Of a DNA stretch of 14,275 bases, positions 6,123 to 12,883 are shown in pieces (the first letter of the stretch is position 1; the number at the start of each line of letters is the position of its first letter). The notes below the pieces were generated by a model. The model saw only the letters and a list, made by a program, of their open reading frames with translations. It ran no database searches and was not told where the DNA came from. The position numbers were made by a program, and so were the translations under genes. The DNA lies in assembly GCA_964590575.1 (NCBI GenBank), contig CAZPWM010000053.1, positions 1 to 14,275 of the forward strand. The letters run 5' to 3'. Source of the stretch: an uncultured archaeon. GTDB lineage: Archaea; Asgardarchaeota; Thorarchaeia; Thorarchaeales; Thorarchaeaceae.

Positions 6123-9100
6123 TTAAGCTAATTTGCTCTGAATTAACTGAGTTCCTATAACATCATGGTAAAGCTTGAGATATGAGGCATCCTCGGAAAC
6201 TACCGCTAGCGGAGTATTCGAATCTTCAGTTCCTCCGATAAGGATCTCACGGTCATCAATAACTGCAAGAAGCATTGGAGTTTTTGTCTGCCACACACGC
6301 CAGCCTTCCATAATCTCAAGCACTGTTTCTGGATCATCTGTTTCTGGCATGATAAGGACTCTCCGTTTGGGAGTCTTTAACCTCGCAAGTTTCTTCAAAT
6401 CCAGACACGAAATGTCATGAACGGATATTACAACAGATTGCTCAGCTCGATGAGCCATATCGCTGATGTGCGCACAAGCCTCCTCAGTTCCACTTACATA
6501 CCAAGTTCGACTTGTCGAAACATCAAGCATTTTTTCACTTGCTTTGTGGACAGCGCTGAGATTTTCAACAGCCCTTGATGTCAATTCAGTGACCCCTGCT
6601 ATAGTTTCCTGCATGTTCTCACCTAGGGTGGTTAATTCATTCTTCTGTGTGCTTGACCATCGACGGAGTGATTTATCCACGTGATCACTGAATTTTGAAA
6701 GAGTATCGTTTCTTGTTTGGCGTAACAGAGTTACACCCTCACTCGACTGATTGCTTGCATTGGTAACAATTTCAGTTAGAACTAGATTCTTTGTAGCCAA
6801 ATCGGATTGTGCTTTTTCAATCATGGTAGAGGATTGAGTACTTAGTTGTGTCTTCAACTCTAACCCTATGGTTTCAAATTTCCTTGCTGAATGTTGATTG
6901 GTCAGATTTGCGCTCTCTTGTATTGCTGTAATTGCATCGTTCCGCGTCTCTGTGGTCTTAATTGATGCTTTTTCAAGAAGATTTCGAAACTCCTCTGTGG
7001 CTGACTCAGCTGAACGCTGGAATGCTGTGAATGAAGATGCTAGCTTTTCAGCCACCATTCCATAGTTTTGATTAGCTTCTTTGATGAATACCTTATCAAT
7101 ATCTGCGATTTTTTCAGCCATAGTATTAGGCATTGATGTGAATGCATCATTACCCTTGACTAAAGCAGTAGAACAATTGCCTCCAAAGTCATCAATTCGA
7201 GTAGTAATAGTGGATTCCACGTCTTGAAAGAGTGAGGAAGTGATCTTTGCTAGTCTGTTAATATCAGCATCTCCTCGTTCAATTATAGCTGCAGAAGCAT
7301 CTTCAGATACCTTTTGGAGACTTCTTTGCATCATTGTGAGTTCGTTACCAAGTTTGGTTCCAAAGGTTTCTAATGATGTCGCCATATTGGAAACAGTAGA
7401 GTCAACCCAGACTGAAGCGGCATCGAATGCTTGCGTAACTTCTGCCCTTCGAGCCTCAACTGCTTGAATAACCGCTTCTTTTGTTGAGTTTCTACTTTTC
7501 ACGCCACCTGTTTCACGCTCGGAGAGTTCTGTACGAAATTCGTCAATACTCCCTTTCGATGCTTTCACTCGTTTTGTTGCTAGTCGGTTAATCTTCTTGC
7601 TGGTGTCAGCTAAGTATCGCTGTTTGTGGTCTTTCTGTTCTGAGATGAATGTATCAGCTACACCTTTTGCTGCAGTTCCACTTTTCTCCAATGCATCAGT
7701 TGTTATTACCCGAATGTTATCCAACCTCTCTGTGATAGTATCACGTGCACCATCAACAGTAACATGGAACTCCTGACTGACTTGGTCAAGATTCTCTGTG
7801 AATTGTTTAATGATACCAGATTCCATATTGCGTAAATTGTCTTCAGAACTCCGAATTGAACTCTCCAAGGTAACTAGGGCCTCAGCCATACTTTCGGAGA
7901 TTTCAAATCTCTTTTTCACAGATAGCTCCTCTAATGCGTTTTTCACTGCGGCAACTGAGGAAGCGACTTCATCAATTTTGAGCCCAAACTCCGTAGAGTA
8001 CTCTTGTTGTGCTTTTTGGGAGTCTTCCTTAAGCCCAAGCATTTCTGATTTCAGGATGTTCTTAAACTCTGAATGAGTAGATGCAATCAGGTCTCGAGCT
8101 TCAACTGTCTGACTAGAAAGAAGACCATTGAAGGTTGCTTCAATTCCTTGGGTTAGAGTTGTAAACCGACGTGTAATATCTTCAAGGTGGGTATGAAACT
8201 CATCACGAATACCTGTTGCATGTTGATCGATTCGATCTACTTGCTGGGTGATGATAGCATCAATTTCGGTTTCAATCTTATCAGCTTGAGAACTTATCGT
8301 GATGACTCTCTCAGTCACTCGTTTATCAAGTCGGTCTCTCAGACGTTCATAGAGTTTCTTTGAATCAAGAACTTGCTTCTCTGTTGTGGTAGCAAAACGC
8401 CCAATTAGTTCTTCCAGAGTTGATCCAACGCTTGCTTCAAAGTCATGTGTTGTTTTTTTAACAGATGTGATTAATGTTTCATTCTTATTTGCAGTAGATT
8501 TAATGATTGAATTGAATGCGGATTTCAATCTACTATTCATTACTTCAGCGAGTGTGTTCAGCTCATTAGATTCTGTATCAAGAATGGATCTAATATCGTC
8601 AGATGTTGTTCTCAAATTCTTTTCGATAGTTTGACCAGTACCTTCTATCCATTTGTCAAGTTCTGAATGGAGCAAGTGAGCAGTTGCATCGCACCCTGCT
8701 TCTTCCGTATCATTCTGAGCCTGAAGGAGCTCAAGAACCAGAACACGAGTATCAGCAAGTGTAGTTTCACATTCAGTTCCAAGACTTGTTGCAAGACCTT
8801 GTACTTGATGATATTCTTCGTGAATCATTCCATTCAATTTCTCAATGTGTGAGGTGAGTGTGTTTTTCAGCACCTCTATATAGTTTGCATCTGTGGATGC
8901 TACCTGTTCAAGTTGGGAGGTCACGGATTGGGATGCTACTTCCATGAAATTAGATACCTCTTCTTTCCAGTTATCCACATCTCTGTTTGCACCTTCAACA
9001 ATTTCAATTGCGGAGCTTATCTCTTTCTTTGTGAAATCTCCAAACTCTGCGGGAATAGTTCGAGCTTGGACCATGACGTCTCGCAAAGATTCTTGGCCGG

Positions 9101-10016
9101 CTAAGTATGTCTGGTTCAAATCACGCTCCAAATTAGCAAGAAGCTGAGTGAGGTCTTCAGAAACTGAATTGAGAATCTCGACTCCTTTATCGGCTGCATT
9201 AGAAGTCATCGAGCTCAGTGTCATAGTCATTTCTTGAGTGATTTTTTGCAACGCTTGAGAGGATGCTTCAAGAGCTTTAGTAACAGCATCGCGCGCTACA
9301 TCTATGAGCGATTGCGCCTTAGCTTCAAACTCTGAAATTGTGACTAACGTGGACGTCCTTTCAACTTTCAACCACTTATCGAACTCACGGGAGATTCTTT
9401 TCGCATCTTTTTCTAGTTTCACTTGACTCTTGTCAATCTCACTTTGTATTTCAGTAAGCTTGGCACCCAGTCTGTTATCTAATGAAGTGTCTAGTTTGTT
9501 CAAAATGTCCTCAATGTCTTCAGAGAGAGCACTCATTACTTCGGTAGCTGTAACTTTTACCTGTTCAATGCGACTCCCTACTAAATCTAGCATATTATCC
9601 TCATACTTCGTTAGAGATGTTCTGAGAGATTCTAGTGATTTAGTTTGAGAAGAAATGACATCCTCAACATTGTTTTCAATCTCCGCTGCTTTTGAGCCGA
9701 AGGTTTTTTCAGACGACTTGGTCAGATTCTGTATTTCGCCTAAAATGCTGGATAGCTTATCGGAAAGGGCTAAGTTAGGTGGTACAGAACGATATACTGG
9801 AACGATACCATCAATCTCTTTGATCATTCCCTTTTCCACAAGTCGCTGAAGGGCTTTCTTGACTGTCGGGAAGTTCTCACCAGACATAAGAGATACTCCT
9901 CCAGCTGTCATATTCCCACCAAGGTAGACTGGTAGCAATACCTTGGACTCGACATCTGTGATGCCTAGATTCTTTTTCAATACGGATACTACTTCCGAAA
10001 TTGCTTCATCACTCAT
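6123..10016 (-). CDS. Giant TrmB-like protein: N-terminal winged HTH, ~1100-aa helical rod, C-terminal TrmB effector (PLD-like) domain
   Basis: N-terminal LGITDVESKVLL...MTAGGVS...LQRLVEKGMI...YRSVPP matches the TrmB wHTH pattern. C-terminal TWYVSG...DMAHRAEQSVVI...VIDDREILIG...VSEDASY matches the TrmB effector-domain pattern. ATG 10016 has GGTGG upstream; the ORF track starts at 10064. Confidence 0.8.
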   Translation of the reverse strand: MSDEAISEVVSVLKKNLGITDVESKVLLPVYLGGNMTAGGVSLMSGENFPTVKKALQRLVEKGMIKEIDGIVPVYRSVPPNLALSDKLSSILGEIQNLTKSSEKTFGSKAAEIENNVEDVISSQTKSLESLRTSLTKYEDNMLDLVGSRIEQVKVTATEVMSALSEDIEDILNKLDTSLDNRLGAKLTEIQSEIDKSQVKLEKDAKRISREFDKWLKVERTSTLVTISEFEAKAQSLIDVARDAVTKALEASSQALQKITQEMTMTLSSMTSNAADKGVEILNSVSEDLTQLLANLERDLNQTYLAGQESLRDVMVQARTIPAEFGDFTKKEISSAIEIVEGANRDVDNWKEEVSNFMEVASQSVTSQLEQVASTDANYIEVLKNTLTSHIEKLNGMIHEEYHQVQGLATSLGTECETTLADTRVLVLELLQAQNDTEEAGCDATAHLLHSELDKWIEGTGQTIEKNLRTTSDDIRSILDTESNELNTLAEVMNSRLKSAFNSIIKSTANKNETLITSVKKTTHDFEASVGSTLEELIGRFATTTEKQVLDSKKLYERLRDRLDKRVTERVITISSQADKIETEIDAIITQQVDRIDQHATGIRDEFHTHLEDITRRFTTLTQGIEATFNGLLSSQTVEARDLIASTHSEFKNILKSEMLGLKEDSQKAQQEYSTEFGLKIDEVASSVAAVKNALEELSVKKRFEISESMAEALVTLESSIRSSEDNLRNMESGIIKQFTENLDQVSQEFHVTVDGARDTITERLDNIRVITTDALEKSGTAAKGVADTFISEQKDHKQRYLADTSKKINRLATKRVKASKGSIDEFRTELSERETGGVKSRNSTKEAVIQAVEARRAEVTQAFDAASVWVDSTVSNMATSLETFGTKLGNELTMMQRSLQKVSEDASAAIIERGDADINRLAKITSSLFQDVESTITTRIDDFGGNCSTALVKGNDAFTSMPNTMAEKIADIDKVFIKEANQNYGMVAEKLASSFTAFQRSAESATEEFRNLLEKASIKTTETRNDAITAIQESANLTNQHSARKFETIGLELKTQLSTQSSTMIEKAQSDLATKNLVLTEIVTNASNQSSEGVTLLRQTRNDTLSKFSDHVDKSLRRWSSTQKNELTTLGENMQETIAGVTELTSRAVENLSAVHKASEKMLDVSTSRTWYVSGTEEACAHISDMAHRAEQSVVISVHDISCLDLKKLARLKTPKRRVLIMPETDDPETVLEIMEGWRVWQTKTPMLLAVIDDREILIGGTEDSNTPLAVVSEDASYLKLYHDVIGTQLIQSKLA
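7947..8276 (-). repeat. Protein-level 22-residue (2x hendecad) degenerate repeats
   Basis: IETEIDAIITQQVDRIDQHATG / IRDEFHTHLEDITRRFTTLTQG / IEATFNGLLSSQTVEARDLIAS / THSEFKNILKSEMLGLKEDSQK / AQQEYSTEFGLKIDEVASSVAA, with hydrophobic residues aligned at positions 5, 9 and 16. Confidence 0.65.
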
Positions 10017-10033
10017 TTGTGCATCCCACCACT

Positions 10034-10043
10034 GACAATATTG
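10034..10043. promoter_or_regulatory. GACAATATTG motif (palindromic core CAATATTG)
   Basis: Core lies ~20 nt upstream of ATG 10016; exact reverse complement at 11951-11960. Confidence 0.35.
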
Positions 10044-10079
10044 AACTGTGCCATGGTACAGCATATTGCCAGTTTATTC

Positions 10080-10895
10080 TTACTTCTCAAACTTTGATAC
10101 TCGTTCGAATAGGTCGCTCAATTGCCCTACTTCGAGATGTGATGATTCGTCACTAGCAATAACCTCAGCTTGGATTTTGACTGAATCTCCAATCTCAGTT
10201 GTGTAAATAGTATCAAAGCCCTTTAGTGATCCTGCCTTCAATTGACTCTTGGTACTGCCTACTGTGTGGCCCTCTACTTCAATAGAAAGAAGCCACCAAT
10301 TCAGAGTTAAATCAGTAACACTTGATTTCAGATTATAGTAATTTGAGAAAAGTTGAGAGTAGAGGTCAAACACCCTGAAATTATCGATTCGAGCATGTAT
10401 TGGATTGAGTGTGACAATTCCTCTCTCGAAATCAAAGCCGAACACTAGACTGTTGCCTATCACAAGCATTACATTGTCCTCATTTACTGATGAGAAGTTG
10501 TTCCATTCTTTCTTGAATTTAGTCGTGAAATGACGGATTGAACTGACATTTAACGTGGAAAGTAAATCCTTGATTGGTATTCTTCTATCCATCATATCTC
10601 GTCCTTTCTTCTCGAGGATAAACCGTCGTATCTGTTCGAGATATTGGCTGTAACAAAAAGCCGGTAAGTCCTGTGGTGTTACACCGATCTCAATAAGTGT
10701 GTTCAAGAAATTCCTATTCTTACAAGAAGGTCTAACAGTGCAGCTTAATCTATCCTCTTGACACGCAGTACACTTCTTCTCGTGTAACTCTATTAGTTCT
10801 AGAGCTAACTGATCATCAGCTGCCGCATCTAGAAAACCAACCCTGACTGCTAGTTCCTCTTTGTGTTTCTTAAGGTTCATGAATCCCAAATCCAT
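10080..10895 (-). CDS. Hypothetical protein with N-terminal Cys cluster
   Basis: CTACQEDRLSCTVRPSC (CxxC-x6-C-x5-C) plus PAFCY; beta-rich C-terminal half. Alternative start ATG 10880. Confidence 0.8.
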   Translation of the reverse strand: MDLGFMNLKKHKEELAVRVGFLDAAADDQLALELIELHEKKCTACQEDRLSCTVRPSCKNRNFLNTLIEIGVTPQDLPAFCYSQYLEQIRRFILEKKGRDMMDRRIPIKDLLSTLNVSSIRHFTTKFKKEWNNFSSVNEDNVMLVIGNSLVFGFDFERGIVTLNPIHARIDNFRVFDLYSQLFSNYYNLKSSVTDLTLNWWLLSIEVEGHTVGSTKSQLKAGSLKGFDTIYTTEIGDSVKIQAEVIASDESSHLEVGQLSDLFERVSKFEK

Positions 10896-10916
10896 TGAAA
10901 TATTGTAACTACCTGC

Positions 10917-10936
10917 GAGATGGACCTGTCCATCTC
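10917..10936. promoter_or_regulatory. Perfect 9-bp inverted repeat GAGATGGAC-CT-GTCCATCTC
   Basis: Seen directly; intergenic, between minus-strand TATAAA (10949-10954) and the start at 10895. Confidence 0.6.
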
Positions 10937-11054
10937 TAATCGTTCTCGTTTATAGCAGAATCACAGATAGTGAGTCATGTTGCGCATTGTGGTTTCACAG
11001 AAATAAACCTATGTAACAGGGACCTCAATTTTTCATGCTCGGGTCGAGTGAAAT

Positions 11055-11930
11055 TCAGTTACTGGTCGCTATTTCTTTGAGTTTACTTTTCCATGACTTT
11101 ATTTCACGACTTAGACTTGCAATATCGTTCTCATTCAAAGTCGCAGTTGGTGGATAAGACTTAAGCTCTCGGGCTCGTTTGCCAAATTGGAATAGCACCG
11201 GGGTGTGTCCCTTAATCATTGTAGTAAGTTTGTCACGTACTTCTTCAAGGGCTTCAGCCATCTCAGTTGCTTCAGTTTGGGGGATAACAAGTGTCATCAG
11301 GTTATCCATTATTGCATCAATGGTCGATGGCAAACTCGATTTGTTGGGAGTTTGAACTTTAGGTTTCTCTTCATCGTTTGTTTCATCTGGAGTTTTCTTA
11401 ACGGGTTTCTTGGAATCTAGAGATTCCGCAGCCCCTGATTTTATGAAGTCGGAGAGTGTATCAACCGCTTCCGTGACCCTATCGATTGCCAGATTATATT
11501 TACGCTCAATATCATCTAATTGACGGACTATGATTCCCACAATCTCGTTTGTTTCATCAAATTTTCCAGCAAGGTCTTGAACTTTCTCCTCTATACCTGA
11601 AAGCCCAGCAATATAATTCTGAAGATCATCCAATTTCTTTGGAACTGCTTCACCGTCAGCCAACGATACAAGTATATCATCAATCTTCTTTATGATAACT
11701 GTTGACTCTTTAGAATCTCTGATTTCTTTTACAGCTCCCTCAATCCCATCCAGTTTCTCTGTGTAATCCATTCCCTTCAAGGATTTAGCCAGATTGTCTA
11801 TCTTCTTGTTCATATCTGACACAGATGTGAGCTCTTTTAGCTCTTCACGTAGAGAAGAAAGTTCCTCAGAAAGTTTGTCTAAGTTTCCTTGGAGTTCCTT
11901 TATTCCAGCATCACTTTTTTCGGAGGCCAT
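11055..11930 (-). CDS. Hypothetical segmented coiled-coil protein with linker and C-terminal helical bundle
   Basis: Heptad segments in aa ~10-165, Lys/Pro/Glu linker, helical C-domain ending IKSWKSKL; AGGGGA RBS upstream. Confidence 0.85.
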   Translation of the reverse strand: MASEKSDAGIKELQGNLDKLSEELSSLREELKELTSVSDMNKKIDNLAKSLKGMDYTEKLDGIEGAVKEIRDSKESTVIIKKIDDILVSLADGEAVPKKLDDLQNYIAGLSGIEEKVQDLAGKFDETNEIVGIIVRQLDDIERKYNLAIDRVTEAVDTLSDFIKSGAAESLDSKKPVKKTPDETNDEEKPKVQTPNKSSLPSTIDAIMDNLMTLVIPQTEATEMAEALEEVRDKLTTMIKGHTPVLFQFGKRARELKSYPPTATLNENDIASLSREIKSWKSKLKEIATSN

Positions 11931-11950
11931 GACATCCCCTGCTAAGATAG

Positions 11951-11960
11951 CAATATTGTC
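11951..11960. promoter_or_regulatory. CAATATTGTC motif over the predicted transcription start
   Basis: ~21 nt upstream of ATG 11930 and ~25 nt downstream of the putative TATA element. Confidence 0.35.
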
Positions 11961-11978
11961 CGTTCAGTGTTAATGTGT

Positions 11979-11997
11979 GTAATTAGCCTTTCGGGAA
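11979..11997 (-). promoter_or_regulatory. Putative BRE-TATA element (TTCCCGAAAGGCTAATTAC)
   Basis: 11982-11997 is 15/16 identical to 5194-5209, in the same orientation relative to a minus-strand gene. Confidence 0.5.
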
Positions 11998-12037
11998 TGT
12001 AATCATCTGACAGAATGAGCGATATTCTACGAAAATT

Positions 12038-12883
12038 CTACGCACTCTTGGCTCGAATCACCTCAATATTGACATCCTCAAGCATTGGTAGAATATGCGC
12101 TTTGTTTTCTGCGTTCAATCCCTTCCAATCAATAATAGCAGATACGATTGGATTTGCTGAACGCGTAATCATTTGATTCAGGACATCAAGTGTTAGATCA
12201 TTGATAGCATATTTTGGAGCCATGTGGCCAATCTTATACCCTTTCTCCAATACAATCTTGTTGAACTTACTTGCATAGTGGGTGCCGCCAAAGCCAATCA
12301 CAGCATCACCAGAGAGTGGTTCATCAATGCAATCCATGACCGCAGCAGCTACAGCTTTTGCACCATCCTGATGAGTCCAAAACTCTTCTGAACTTCCTAG
12401 CTCCACAAACACAAGTGGTGTCTTCATTTTTGTAGGACCATGATGCGTCACTTCTAATGACACATCGAACTCAAAGAGGTCGGTTTTGTTTCGTATTTCA
12501 AACAACCTCTGAAGTGCAACCGAAACCAATGAAGGAGCTGAAACAGAGAGTTGATGAGGAGCTCCACCAAAGAGTGCTTCACTACCAAGATTCCCCGTGC
12601 TATGCACCAGGAGTGCTGGTTTTGCAGATTCAGCCTGATGTCTAGAGCAGAAGATGAATGCCTCAGTGTTAAAGTGACTCTCAAGATGGTCGCAATGAAT
12701 CATGTCACGAGTGGTTGTTATAAGCTGGGCATTTTTACCATTAGAAAAAATAGGGTTCCCTTCGAATGAATCATCTGTTGGAAAGAAACCATAATTTCTG
12801 AGAAGAATATCTTTGATTGTTATACTAGCAATATCTTGCTCTGAAGTAACTAGGGTCCTCAAATTAGATGTCCTCAATGTCAT
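12038..12883 (-). CDS. dtdA: D-aminoacyl-tRNA deacylase (archaeal DTD2)
   Basis: Motifs SRH, VHSTGN, EVTHHGPT, FVELGS..W, IGFGGTHYA, GHMAPKY and IDWKG. ATGA overlap with the upstream gene; alternative TTG start at 12862. Confidence 0.95.
   Translation of the reverse strand: MTLRTSNLRTLVTSEQDIASITIKDILLRNYGFFPTDDSFEGNPIFSNGKNAQLITTTRDMIHCDHLESHFNTEAFIFCSRHQAESAKPALLVHSTGNLGSEALFGGAPHQLSVSAPSLVSVALQRLFEIRNKTDLFEFDVSLEVTHHGPTKMKTPLVFVELGSSEEFWTHQDGAKAVAAAVMDCIDEPLSGDAVIGFGGTHYASKFNKIVLEKGYKIGHMAPKYAINDLTLDVLNQMITRSANPIVSAIIDWKGLNAENKAHILPMLEDVNIEVIRAKSA

Noticed and set aside
6123-6509. Active phospholipase D or nuclease domain
   Set aside because: No HxKxxxxD motif; consistent with the non-catalytic TrmB effector domain.
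6175-9849. Many short plus-strand ORFs opposite the giant gene
   Set aside because: Antisense shadows of a long coding frame, with no recognisable motifs.
6123-10016. SMC/Rad50 or methyl-accepting chemotaxis protein call for the giant ORF
   Set aside because: No Walker A/B, signature motif or hinge; no MCP hairpin signature; no transmembrane helices.
4532-12883. Selenocysteine read-through at TGA stops
   Set aside because: The TGA codons fall at natural protein ends, none sits at a catalytic Cys position, and I recognised no SECIS.
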